Source: Eledone cirrhosa
Taxonomy: Eukaryota
Direction: 5' to 3'
Assembly: GCA_964016885.1 (NCBI GenBank)
Contig: OZ024742.1
Span: 348,068,001 to 348,132,000, forward strand
DNA: 64,000 nucleotides
In this document: positions 11,680 to 24,742 of the stretch, piece after piece
Layout of the letters: every line of letters begins with the position of its first letter
How positions within the stretch are numbered: the first letter of the stretch is position 1
Translations under genes and position numbers: made by a program
The notes under the pieces: generated by a model
Database searches by the model: none
Seen by the model: only the letters and a program-made list of their open reading frames with translations
What the model was told of the DNA's origin: nothing

Positions 11680-13783
11680 CCAGCGAGGCAGTGTGTCAGA
11701 GAGAATTGTGATGTCATTGGAGAGAAGTGTATCCGGAATGATAAAGGTGAGCTTGCCCTCACAAGTGCTGAGAAGAAAGATGCATGGAAGAGTCATTATG
11801 ATAGATTACTAAATGAGGAGAATGCATGGGAAGAAGAGACCCTACCCCAAGTAGACCCTATAGAGGGGCCAGCAGTACAAGTCAGCAGCAGCGTAGTAAG
11901 TAAGGCAATCAAAGATATGAAGATGGGGAAGGCAACCGGTTCATCGGGTATAGCTGCCGAGATGCTGAAGGCATCTGGGTCTGTAGGTCACACTATAACC
12001 ACACGTATTGTTAACCAGGTAATACTAGAAGGTGTCATACCAAAAGATTGGTGCAGTAGCATCATTGTCAACTGCTACAAAGGTAAAGGTGATGCACTCG
12101 ATAGAGGAAACTATAGAGGTATAAAGCTGATGGACCAGGTCGTGAAAGTAACAAAGAGTTATAGCACAGTTGATTAGGGACCGGGTGAAACTAGATGAGA
12201 TGCAATTTGGGTTTGTACCAGGAAGAGGCACCACTGAGGCCCTCTTCCTTGTGAGGCAGTTACAGGAAAAGTACCTAGCTAAAAGTAAGCCACTCTACCT
12301 GGCATTCGTCGATCTCGAGAAAGCCTTTGACAGAGTTCCACGTGCTGTAATCTGGTGGGCTCTTAGAAAACTAGGAGTAGATGAATGGGTAGTGAAAGCT
12401 GTATAAGCCATGTATAGGGGAGCAGTCAGCAAAGTTAGAATTAGCAATGAGTATAGCGAGGAATTTAGCGTACAGGTTGGTGTCCACCAGGGCTCTGTTC
12501 TTAGCCCTCTCCTGTTCATCATAGTCCTGCAGGCAATAATGGAGGAGTTTAAGACCGGATGCCCATGGGAACTCCTGTATGCTGATGACCTCGCACTTAT
12601 AGCTGAATCTATGGTAGAACTAAAGAAATTCCAAACTTGGAAGCAGGGACTAGAAAGAAAGGGTCTCAAAGTCAACATGACAAAGACTAAGGTCCTTGTA
12701 AGTAGATGAGAAAAAGAACCCAGATCCCCTCAGGGAAATGGCCTTGCTCATTTTTTAGAAAGGTGTAGGTAGGAACTCCATTCTCTGCCCCAAATGCAAA
12801 CAATGGGTACACAAGAGATGTAGCGGGATCTCAGGAAGCTTAATTAAGAATGTAGGCTTCACATGCAGCAGCTGTACTGGGACAGCAAGCAGCAAACAGC
12901 CACAGGAAACAAGTACCACCAATCTCTGGGAGGGATCTGTAGAGACAGTAGACAGCTTCTGCTACCTAGGTGACCGAATTAGCAGTGGAGGTGGGTGTTC
13001 AGAAAGTGCAATAACTAGGGTAAGAACGGGATGGAAGAAGTTCAGTGAACTACTGCCACTGCTAGCTGCAAAAGGCTTCTCCCTCAAAATGAAAGGCAGT
13101 CTGTATGATGCGTGTATCCGAACAGCAATGTTACATGGTAGTGAGACCTGGGCGCTGAAGGTGGAAGACTTATGTAGATGAGAGAGAAACGAAGCCTGCA
13201 TGCTCCGATGGATGTGTAACAGTAATATACGCGAACGACAAAGCATAAATGAATTGAGAGAGAGACTGAGCATAAGAGGAATCAAATGCTGTGTGCAGGA
13301 GAGGCGGTTGCGTTGGTATGGACATGTGATGCGTATGAAGGATGACAGCTGCATAAAAAGGTGCAGGGCACTAGAAGTCGATGGAAACCGCGGAGTGGGG
13401 AGACCCAAGATGACCTGGGATGAGGTGATAAAAGCCGACCCTACCCAATTGCACCTCTCAAAGGCGATGACACACGACCGTGACCTCTGGCGTCACGCAG
13501 TAATACAGAGTACCCGACCTCCCATGGGTACAAGCTGAAGCATATAGACAATATGCCCCCACACCCCCCACTGCAAGGTGGACGTGTAGGCGCACAAAAA
13601 AGCACCCAGCACTCACTGTAAATGTGGTTGGTGTTAGGAAGAGCATCCAGCTGTAGAAATCAAGCCAAATCAGTTCCTGTATGAGCAAGGCATGGTCAGC
13701 CGACCAGACACTGCCCACAACAGGACAACCCGTCTAACCCATGCTAGCGTGGAAGAACAGACGTAAAACGGTGATGATGATGA
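11680..13783 (+). mobile_element. RTE-clade LINE, 5' truncated, with decayed RT
   Basis: NYRGIKL, QFGFVPGRGTT, FVDLEKAFDRV, VGVHQGSVLSPLLF, LLYADDL, RRLRWYGHVMR, GRPKMTW; stops and frameshifts; (GAT)n tail. Confidence 0.93.
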
Positions 13784-14407
13784 CACTATTGTCTCTTGCA
13801 CATTACATCTGATTCCTCTTAAACCCAGTTTTTCTCTCAGTTCACCCATGCTTCATCATTCATGCACATTAACATTGTAAAAGCATCAGGGCATGCTTGA
13901 TTCATTTCTTTCTAGCCTTTACATATATCCTCTACATTCACAGCCCATGTTTCTCTACTGTGCAACATCAAATATATGCAGGCATCATTGTTTGTAGAGC
14001 AAAGCCTGTTGTTAGCGGAGGTAGTAACTCATTGAACTTTTTCCATCCTGTTCTTATTCTAGCTAAATTTTAAATAACATCAAATAGCTATACATCAAAT
14101 TTATTACTAACATTTTACACCAGTTTCTTTAGAATAGTATGGAGTTTAATAAAGCTATAAAGTCAAACATTTACATATAATATAATGTTGGAATTCTTTT
14201 AACAACAGGTTTATATTCTTTTTGTATCAACTTCCTAACCAGGCCATAGCAGCATAATCTGCTGTTATACTCAACTTAGTTGATTGAGGCAAGTAAAATT
14301 GTGACTGTTGTCCAGTGTTAACACTTAGAAATCCTCCACTCCTACACTACCACCCATCCTCTGCACTACTGTATACCATGGAGCTAGTTAGTGTATAGAC
14401 GTGTAGA

Positions 14408-14830
14408 TCTGACTTGGTAAACACCCACAAAATTGTTAACCATCTTGCCAACAACAACCCTGAGTACCTTTTTGAGTTCCATGTGTCTAACACACGTGGA
14501 CATGCCCACAAAGTCAGAAAACAGCACAGTTCCCATGACTTTCGGAAACATTTTTTCACGCGCAGAGTTGCTGAAGCATGGAACAAACTACCTGCATCAG
14601 TTGTTAGCTGTGGAGACACTGCATCCTTTAAAACCTCCGTGCTTCCCGAGATACGCCAACACTACACTTAATTTTCCCCCTCCATACACATACACACATG
14701 TATATCATGACTCATACACTATTCACTTCCCTTACATTTGTATATTATTCTATGTACTATACATGCACCTTTGACGAGTTGTAGTGTACCTGAGCACTTT
14801 ACACAATAATTTCATTATTATTATTATTAT
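14408..14830 (+). mobile_element. CR1 LINE 3' fragment
   Basis: NTRGHAHKV...RKHFFTRRVAEAWNKLP, (ATT)n tail; same family as 37622-39650. Confidence 0.88.
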
Positions 14831-15067
14831 ATATGTGTGTGTGATTGTGTGTGTATGTGTGATTATATGTGTATGGTAGTTGCTTTCATTCCTCAGCATT
14901 GATCTGGTTAATCAGTTTATTCTTTTGTATTAAACACAACCATTCCCTCAACATTACCATATAGTATAGCATTATATTCTTATATTAAGTTTTAATGATA
15001 CTCCTTTAGACACACAATTTAAAATTCAATAAGACCAAGAATTATTATTATTTATTTATACATGATC

Positions 15068-15245
15068 GTGAATTGGCAGTATCAGTAGAGGGTCGGATGG
15101 CATGCTTTCCAGCATAGTTACGTCCCTTTACGGTCCGAGTTCAAATCCCGTCAAGGTTAACTTTCATCCTTACGGGGCCGATAAAATAATGCACCAGTAA
15201 TGGACTGGGTAATTGCTAGCCTTGTGCCAAAAGTAGAAACAATTA
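15068..15245 (+). mobile_element. tRNA-derived SINE (second family)
   Basis: GAATTGGCAGTATC head, GAGTTCAAATCCC B box, TTTCATCCTTACGGGG...GATAAAATAATGCACC; further copies at ~25520-25670, 34060-34260(-), 36380-36510, 37116-37200, 40445-40625, 44570-44715(-), 47650-47780(-). Confidence 0.7.
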
Positions 15246-15261
15246 TTTATTTATACAACTA

Positions 15262-16080
15262 GCGCTCTTATAATATGTCTCTGTATGTCTGACTATCTAC
15301 ATTAGATAACGTTTTTCGAAATATTTACTTCTGCGTTCACGGACTGATTTTTTTTTAGTTTCAGAAGAACCCGTTAAGGGTGAAAGCAGCGATTCTTTGC
15401 TTAAACTTTAATCTGTTATTTTAATATATATATTCGTGTACAGATATTTTTGCATACACAAAAACAAAAACCTATTTATTTCACGAAAGCACAGACGGCT
15501 TATCGTCATTGTTACTGTTCGAGGTTAGAGGACCACAGTCTTTCCAAGATCTGAGAGCCATCAATGGCCATCAATGTTCCACTTACCATTTGGCTTGCCA
15601 GATGCGTGTTATGTTGCACGATGACAGCCATTGGCACCTCACCCTGCAAGAAGCAGCAACTGCTAAAGTCCCTTCTCAGCTGCAAAAACCTTTTGCTATT
15701 ATTCTGCACAACTACGATCTCGCCGACCCTCTCGCAATGTGGAACAACCACCGCAAAAGTCTAGCTGAGGACATCCTCCACCGCACACGCAGACACAATC
15801 CTAACGTAACATACGCTGTCGTTTTCAATGAGGCGCTCATTTGTCTTAAAAACAGTGTCCTGGAGATTGGTGGTAGGCCTCTCAGTCACTACAGCTTACC
15901 TGCTCCTGACAGGAGTGTCTAGAGGTCAATGTCTACAGAGCTTCTCCGCGAGACGAGCTACGAGATCAGTGATTCTCTCAATTGTATGTAGGATGCTCTA
16001 GGGTGAGCTCACCAAACAATCTCTTCATCTTTGCTCCGGAGGGCCGAACAAAAAATATTGTATACTCTGAGGCTCTAACA
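15262..16080 (+). mobile_element. Helitron fragment with RepHel remnants
   Basis: LLFEVRGPQSFQDLRAING...DDSHWHLTLQEAA (15509-15922) and helicase C-terminus SRVSSPNNLFIFAPEGRTKNIVYSEAL; 15267-15485 homologous to 18619-18660 plus 24987-25185. Confidence 0.85.
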
Positions 16081-16399
16081 GTGTAATTTAAATAGTTTCT
16101 GTTACTTGGAATTTCCATTATGGTTGTACAAATTATTGTTTGTTAAAAAATGTGTTCTCTGTTCAGCCTTTATTGTTGTAACTATCAATTTTCTTTAACG
16201 TACTGGCTGCTGAACTGGGGAATCCTAAAAACTATTCAAACTCAACATCAGAGCACGTTAACCCCCCCCCCCTCCTCTCGCTAACTTGAGAGGGCGTGCG
16301 GTATCTTTGCACTAGAATGTAGGAGGGGATTCCTCTACCCCTCTCCAACCCATCAATCTCTCTCAGATTACACCATAACATCGTTATATCATCATCACT

Positions 16400-16731
16400 C
16401 ATTCATCACTTTACGTCCACTTTTCCCTGCTTGCAAGGGTGCGACGAGAACTGATTCTGGCTTGATTTCTACAGCTGGATGCCCTTCCTAACACCAACCT
16501 CATTTACAGTGAGTGCTGGGTGTTTTTTTGCCGTGGCACCTCCACGACCACTTTGCAGTGGAATGATATGGACCCCAGTCCCTATCATCTCATTTCTACA
16601 GCTGAGTAAACTGGAGCAATGTGAAATAAAGTGTCTTGCTCAAGGAAACAACACATCACCCGGTCTGAGAATTGAACTCACAACCTTTCGATTGCAAGGC
16701 CAATGCTCTAACCACTAAGCCATGTGCCTCC
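16400..16731 (-). mobile_element. Full-length tRNA-CORE-RTE tail SINE
   Basis: on -: GGAGGCACATGGCTTAGTGGTTAGAGC...GAGTTCAATTCTC head, CORE-like middle, tail matching the RTE 3' UTR. Confidence 0.8.
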
Positions 16732-17377
16732 ATATATATATATATATGACGATGTTATGGTGTAATATAAACATACACACATCACCATCATCTTCGTTTA
16801 ACGTCCATCTTCCATCATCCATCTACATATATATATATATATATATAAAGTAAAAAGATGAATATCTCCGAAAACCAAAAAAACAAACAAAAACAAAAAA
16901 CTGCTACGGGATGGTCTCGGCTGGAACGACTCCTTTGATCCTGTCTACTTGATGGGGTTTCAAGTTGTAAACCAGTATTGTATTACAAGATTAACAAACT
17001 ATAACTTACAGATCGACGTCTTCAGATATTTTTAGAGGGAGTCCAACAGGGTTTTCTCCTGATCACACGGTTTATTCTGTCTAATCTCTCTGATGTATTA
17101 GAAAAAAAGGAAAAGAAAATGCTGACAAATTTTTTCCCTGGTGCATGTGTGTGCATGTCTGTATGTGTGTGTCTATGTAAATGTTCCTCTTTATTAGTCA
17201 TTGTGTCAACTTGAAACAGGTGCAGTATTTACTGTGTGTGTATGTCCATGTGTGTATGTGTCAATGCACACGCATCTTTATCAGTTATTGTGTATGTCTG
17301 AACTAGGTGCAGTATATTTACCCAGTGTTTGTGTGTCTCTTTCTCTCTCTGTCTCTCTGTGTATCTCAGTAAATATA

Positions 17378-17705
17378 TATCATCATCATCATACGTCCGC
17401 TTTTCCCTGCTTGCAAGGGTGGGACGGGAACTGATTCTGTCTAGATTTCTACAGCTGGATGCCCTTCCTAATACCAACCTCATTTACAGTGAGTGCTGGG
17501 TGCTTTTCTGCCGTGGCACCTACACGACCACTTTGCAGTGGAATGATAGGGACCCCACTCCCTATCATCTCATTTCTACAGCTGAGTAAACAATGTGAAA
17601 TAAAGTGTCTTGCTCAAGGAAACAACACATCACCCGGTCTGAGAATTGAACTCACAACCTTTCGATTGCACGACCAATGCTCTAACCACTAAGCGATGTG
17701 CCTCC
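17378..17705 (-). mobile_element. Full-length tRNA-CORE-RTE tail SINE (second copy)
   Basis: close match to 16400-16731. Confidence 0.8.
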
Positions 17706-17787
17706 ATATATATATAACTAACCCGTCTAACCCATGCTAGCGTGGAAAATGGACGTTAAACGAAGATGATGATGATATATATATATG

Positions 17788-18290
17788 TAGATAAATCTAC
17801 CAAAATATACGGTAGTGTCCAATCCGTATGAAGAACTCAATGTAATCCAAATATCATGAAAAGAGAAGATGTATTCAAACATTTTTTCGATGAAAATCAC
17901 AGGAAAACAGAGTCAAGATAAATTAATAAAAACAAAGAAACAGTTCCTTATATTAAAAAATTCATCATTTTACGATCATTTCTAGGATATATATATGTGT
18001 GTGTTGGTATGTATATCATATAGATCTATGTAAAAATTTTACAAACTATCAGAGGAAATATACATAACTACACATATATATGCTGTCTTCAGAAATATTA
18101 TTTCTGAAGACAGCATATATATGTGTAGGTATGTATATTTCCTCTGATAGTTTGTAAAATTTTTACATAGATCTATATGATATACATACCAACACACACA
18201 TATATATATCCTAGAAACGATCGTAAAATGATGAATTTTTTAATATAAGGAACTGTTTCTTTGTTTTTATTCATTGTTTTTATTAATTTA
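17788..18290. mobile_element. Palindromic Penelope-like pLTR fragment between (TA)n tracts
   Basis: 17788-18096 is a diverged reverse complement of 24608-24939; the sequence folds back at TCTTCAGAAAT-att-ATTTCTGAAGA (centre ~18098). Confidence 0.8.
18097..18232 (+). ncRNA. Type I hammerhead ribozyme motif (long stem II)
   Basis: ATTATTT-CTGAAGA-[~100 nt self-complementary]-GAAAC-GATC-GTA-AAATGAT. Confidence 0.7.
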
Positions 18291-18699
18291 TATATATATA
18301 TAAAATTGCACTCAAATACACACACACACACTGATATAAGAACCTTTGTGAAGTTATTTTCCAAACACAAGCTTAGTAATCTATATATCTAAAACAGAGA
18401 ATGTCTGTCTGTCTGTCTGACTCCCTAAAACTCGAGAACCACCCAACCGATTGTTTTCAAACTTTACACATGTAATACTTATGGTCCTGTGAGTGTTTTG
18501 AGCAAAAAGAAATTCAAATTTTCAATGCCCTAGGGACTGCATTAGGCGATTTAGCGATCTCTCTCTATAATTCTTAGTCTTTCTTTTTAGATAGATACAT
18601 AGCTATAACGTTGCACCCTTATAATATGTCTGTATGTCTGGCTGTCTGCATTACAACAGTATTACGTCGCTATCTGTGTGTGTGTGTATATATTATATA

Positions 18700-18747
<48 letters not shown>

Positions 18748-18805
18748 TATTAAAAAAATAATGAATAAACAAAGAAACAGTTCCTTATATTAAACAAAAA
18801 AAGTT

Positions 18806-18944
18806 CATTATTTTACGATCGTTTCTAGGACATATATGTGTTAGAATTGGTATGCATATTCAAAAGATCTATGTACAAAATTATACAAACTATCAGAGAG
18901 AATATACATACCTTCACATATATATGCTGTCTTCAGAAATAATG
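18806..18944 (-). ncRNA. Type I hammerhead ribozyme motif (long stem II), intact core
   Basis: on -: CATTATTT-CTGAAGA-[stem II]-GAAAC-GATC-GTA-AAATAATG; perfect 8-bp stem I and palindromic loop III. Confidence 0.78.
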
Positions 18945-19692
18945 ATGCTTGTTTATTGATAATAACGACAATTCAAAATAATAGGTCTGTTTGGGAACAG
19001 ATTTTGAATAGACCAATGAAATAAGGATTGAGATACATAAAAATTTATCAAGAAAATACAGTTAGGCTCACAGATGTGCATAAAAGTGTATGCTCATATG
19101 TATACGTATATTGAAAAAGTGTATGTAAATATAAAAATTTAGGGCTAATGTATCTGTATGTCTATAATCAACAGACAGAATATATATATATACACACATA
19201 TATATATATATATATATACACATATATATATATATTATTATTATAAATATATGGATATTGAGGCGCTCACATAAACAGGCCCACACACACTTACATTTAG
19301 ATGTGGAAGTAAAAGAGGTAAGGGAGTATAGTAATTAAAGGAAAGTGTCAATCTCGACATACTTATAAAAGTGTATCAATAAATTAGAAATAAAAAATTT
19401 TTTTTTATAGAAGGAAAAACTCAAAAAAAAAGACAAAAAAGACAAAAAAAGGGGGGTGGTGGTGGTACGTACATACACAGACACGCATGTCTCACAAAAG
19501 AAATATAAAAAAACATAAAAGAGAGACATAAAATATACATGCTTATATACACACGCACATTTACACATCCATACGTTCGATACATACATACGTACACACA
19601 TACACATACTTACACTCACGCATATTGACCTGTTTGTATGCACACACATAAAAATAAGTAAAACATATACCCATACATATAAATATACACCC

Positions 19693-19725
<33 letters not shown>

Positions 19726-21529
19726 TACCCATGTATATATACACAACCACACACACACACACTCAGACATACATATATATAGAGACATACACACACATAT
19801 ATACACAGTCAGACACATATACACATATATACACATACATACACACCTCTACACATACATACACATATATACATACACATATATATAAATATATACATAT
19901 ATATATACATATACATGCGCACATATGTATTTTTATACTCACATACAAACACACAAACATACATACACACTTACATACACATACACACATCCACGCTTAC
20001 AAATACTTATAATTATTGGGGGGGGGGGGGATTTAATTTATTAGTGGGAAATAATAAATATATAGGTTTCAAGGAACATAGAATACTAATCTGCCGTTAA
20101 ATCATTATATGTGTTTACTTAGTGGTATCAGTTTTAGGAAATGGTATTTGTAAGAAGGAAGGCTAAATTATGTATTTTAATATAAGTAGAATATTAATTA
20201 TAGGTTAACTAAAATAAAAATAGTTAATATATTAATTTCTAAGGTGTATACTAATTAGGTTTATAATATTTAAAGCGGAATTTTGAAGTTAAACAGTAGT
20301 AGAGTATTAATTATAGCATAACTAAATTTAAAATAATTACAAATATTTACATGATGGTATCAATTTTAGGAAATGAAATTTGTAAGAGGGAAAAATTATG
20401 TATTTTAATATAAGTAGAATATTAATTATAGGTTAACTAAAATAAAAATAGTTAATATATTAATTTCTAAGGTGTATACTAATTAGGTTTATAATATTTA
20501 AAGCGGAATATTGAAGTTAAACAGTAGTAGAGTATTAATTATAGCATAACTAAATTAAAAATAATTACATATATTTACATGATGGTATCAATTTTAGGAA
20601 ATGAATTTTGTAAGAGGGAAAGCCAAATTAAGTATTTCATCGGTAGTAGATTATTAATTATAGGTTAACTAAATTAAAAATTATATATTAATTTCTATAG
20701 TATATGTTAATTAGGTTTATAATAATTAAAGCAAAATTTTGTATTTTATCTATAGTAGAATTTTAATTATAGGTTAACTAAATTAAAATTAATCTATATA
20801 TTAATTTGTAAAGTGTATATTAATTAGGTATATATTTAAAAGTTTTTCTCAGTTTATGATTACACGATATTTTGCATTTCATCTGTATTAGAATTTTAAT
20901 TATAAGTTAACTAAATTAAAATTATATGTTAACTAAATTAAAATTAGTTTATATATTAATTTCTAAATTGTATATTAATTAGGTTTATAATATTAAAAAG
21001 TATTTCTCCGTTTTTAATTACACAATATTTGGTTGTATTTCATCTGTAAAAGAATTTTAATAATAGGTTAAATAAACTAAAATTAATCTATATATTAATT
21101 TCCAAAGTATATATTAATTAGGTTAATAATATTTAAATGTTTTTCTCAGTTTATGATTATACGATATTTTTTAATTTCATCTGTATTAGAATTTTAATAT
21201 ACCTTCTACCAATAACACTATAAACATACAACCTAATATTACCAATAAACACCAAATGAAACGTACACACCTAAATGCCACTCACACTATACCCCAAAAT
21301 ACCAACATAAAACCAAATCTCTCTAACTCCTCTAATATAAAGTATAGTAACTCTCAAAAAAACTACTCATAATACAACTCTAATAAATGTTAATAATAAA
21401 ACTCCTAATAAACAAGCTAAAACACCTAAATCAATAAATCTAACTAAAAACGTGCGTGGAGAGGTCATTAACAATAATCCTCCTAGTAAACATCATGATG
21501 CATCCTATAAAAACAATAAACAACATAGA

Positions 21530-22243
21530 AACCGTAATAGACGAGTTACTTGGTATAATGCTCCATTTAATTTACAAATTAAGGATAATATACCTAAAAA
21601 AATTTTTTAATATCCTAGAGAAAAACTTCCCGCCAAACCACAAATACCATCAAATCTTAAATAGATCAACAGTTAAATTCTCATACTCAACAACCAAAAA
21701 CATAAAACAAAATATAAGTGCCTATAATGCATATATAAATGTAAAAAAACCATAAGTATACCACCAGTACATCAAACTAGCCATAATATCTCCTCAAATA
21801 CAGAATTAACGAAAGGTTGTAACTGTAGAAACAAGGCAAACTGCCCATTAAAAGGAAATTGTCTTGTTAACAACATAGTATATAAATGTAAAGTTAAAAC
21901 TAAGGATTCTATTTGCTCATATATAGGAGCTACTTCTAACAATTTTAAGGTAAGATTTAATACCCACAAACATAGTTTTAAAAATGCCGCACTGGCTAAT
22001 ACAACATCTCTAGCAGAAAAAATTAATAGTTATAGAAATAGGAATATAGAATATGATATGACCTGGAGTGTGCTCAAAAGAGCCACCCCTTATCAAAATA
22101 ATAGAAATGAATGTAGATTGTGTTCCCAAGAACTATTTGAAATAATGAAATCTAAGGATATCCTATTAAATAAGCGACAGGAATTAATAATATCGTGTAA
22201 TCATAAACTGAGAAAAACATTTAAATATTATAAACCTAATTAA
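21530..22243 (+). pseudogene. PLE linker and GIY-YIG endonuclease
   Basis: RNRRVTWYNAPF, LNRSTVKFSYS, CNCRNKANCPLKGNCL (CxCx5C), IVY...YIG, RFNTH, CRLCSQE, LLNKRQELIISCNH; 21749-22243 is open; two homopolymer frameshifts upstream. Confidence 0.88.
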
Positions 22244-23789
22244 TAATAATATATATTTTAGAAATTAATATATAAATTAATTTTAATGTAGTTAACCTAT
22301 AATTTTAATTTAATTAAAATTCTAATACAGATGAAATTAAAAAATATCGTATAATCATAAACTGAGAAAAACATTTAAATATTATTAACCTAATTAATAT
22401 ATACTTTGGAAATTAATATATAGATTAATTTTAGTTTATTTAACCTATTATTAAAATTCTTTTACAGATGAAATACAACAAAATATTGTGTAATTAAAAA
22501 CGGAGAAATACTTTTTAATATTATAAACCTAATTAATATACAATTTAGAAATTAATATATAAACTAATTTTAATTTAGTTAACATATAATTTTAATTTAG
22601 TTAACTTATAATTAAAATTCTAATACAGATGAAATGCAAAATATCGTGTAATCATAAACTGAGAAAAACTTTTAAATATATACCTAATTAATATACACTT
22701 TACAAATTAATATATAGATTAATTTTAATTTAGTTAACCTATAATTAAAATTCTACTATAGATAAAATACAAAATTTTGCTTTAATTATTATAAACCTAA
22801 TTAACATATACTATAGAAATTAATATATAATTTTTAATTTAGTTAACCTATAATTAATAATCTACTACTGATGAAATACTTAATTTGGCTTTCCCTCTTA
22901 CAAAATTCATTTCCTAAAATTGATACCATCATGTAAATATATGTAATTATTTTAAATTTAGTTATGCTATAATTAATACTCTACTACTGTTTAACTTCAA
23001 TATTCCGCTTTAAATATTATAAACCTAATTAGTATACACCTTAGAAATTAATATATTAACTATTTTTATTTCAGTTAACCTATAATTAATATTCTACTTA
23101 TATTAAAATACATAATTTTTCCCTCTTACAAATTTCATTTCCTAAAATTGATACCATCATGTAAATATTTGTAATTATTTTAAATTTAGTTATGCTATAA
23201 TTAATACTCTACTACTGTTTAACTTCAAAATTCTGCTTTAAATATTATAAACCTAATTAGTATACACCTTAGAAATTAATATATTAACTATTTTTATTTT
23301 AGTTAACCTATAATTAATATTCTACTTATATTAAAATACATAATTTAGCCTTCCTTCTTACAAATACCATTTCCTAAAACTGATACCACTAAGTAAACAC
23401 ATATAATGATTTAACGGCAGATTAGTATTCTATGTTCCTTGAAACCTATATATTTACTATTTCCCACTAATAAATTAAATCCCCCCCCCCCAATAATTAT
23501 ATGTATTTGTAAGCGTGGATGTGTGTATGTGTATGTAAGTGTGTATGTATGTTTGTGTGTTTGTATGTGAGTATAAAAATACATATGTGCGCATGTATAT
23601 GTATATATATGTATATATTTATATATATGTGTATGTATATATGTGTATGTATGTGTATGTGTAGAGATGTGTGTATGTATGTGTATATATGTGTATATGT
23701 GTCTGACTGTGTATATATGTGTGTGTATGTCTCTATATATATGTATGTCTGAGTGTGTGTGTGTGTGGTTGTGTATATATACATGGGTA

Positions 23790-23832
<43 letters not shown>

Positions 23833-24288
23833 GTGTATATTTATATGTATGGGTATATGTTTTACTTATTTTTATGTGTGTGCATACAAACAGGTCAATA
23901 TGCGTGAGTGTAAGTATGTGTATGTGTGTGTACGTATGTATGTATCGAACGTATGGATGTGTAAATGTGCGTGTGTATATAAGCATGTATATTTTATGTC
24001 TCTCTTTTATGTTTTTTTATATTTCTTTTGTGAGACATGCGTGTCTGTGTATGTACGTACAACCCACCCCCTTTTTTTGTCTTTTTTTGTCTTCTTTTTT
24101 TGAGTTTTTCCTTCTATAAAAATTTTTTTTTTATTTCTAATTTATTGATACACTTTTATAAGTATGTCGAGATTGACACTTTCCTTTAATTACTATACTC
24201 CCTTACCTCTTTTACTTCCGCATCTAAATGTAAGTGTGTGTGGGCGTGTTTATGTGAGCGCCTCAATATCCATATATTTATAATAATA

Positions 24289-24323
<35 letters not shown>

Positions 24324-24603
24324 TATATGTGTATATATATATATTCAGTCTGTTGATTATAGACATACAGATACATTAGCCCTAAATTTTTATATTTACA
24401 TACACTTTTTCAATATACGTATACATATGAGCATACATTTTTATGCACATCTGTGAGCGTATTTACATACATATACACACACCTAACTGTATTTTCTTGA
24501 TAAATTTTTATGTATCTCAATCCTTATTTCATTGGTCTATTCAAAATCTGTTCCCAAACAGACCTATTATTTTGAATTGTTGTTATTATCAATAAACAAG
24601 CAT

Positions 24604-24742
24604 CATTATTTCTGAAGACAGCATATATATGTGAAGGTATGTATATTCTCTCTGATAGTTTGTATAATTTTGTACATAGATCTTTTGAATATGCATACCA
24701 ATTCTAACACATATATGTCCTAGAAAGAATCGTAAAATAATG
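24604..24742 (+). ncRNA. Hammerhead ribozyme motif with mutated stem III (probably inactive)
   Basis: CATTATTT-CTGAAGA...GAAAG-AATC-GTA-AAATAATG; the other arm has GAAAC-GATC. Confidence 0.6.

Noticed and set aside
16655-16731. tRNA-like sequences (also ~4690, 17630-17705, 44810)
   Set aside because: They continue into SINE core and tail sequences; these are SINE heads, not tRNA genes.
21530-22243. Selenocysteine recoding as in Naiad PLEs
   Set aside because: No in-frame TGA at Cys positions, and the endonuclease is C-terminal rather than N-terminal.
22868-22885. CTGATGA in the AT-rich arm as another hammerhead
   Set aside because: No stem II, GAAA-stem III or stem I pairing; the other arm differs at this site.
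19068-24456. Mirror-image C/V/Y/H/T-rich ORFs in both arms
   Set aside because: Translations of (CA)n/(TA)n low-complexity DNA.
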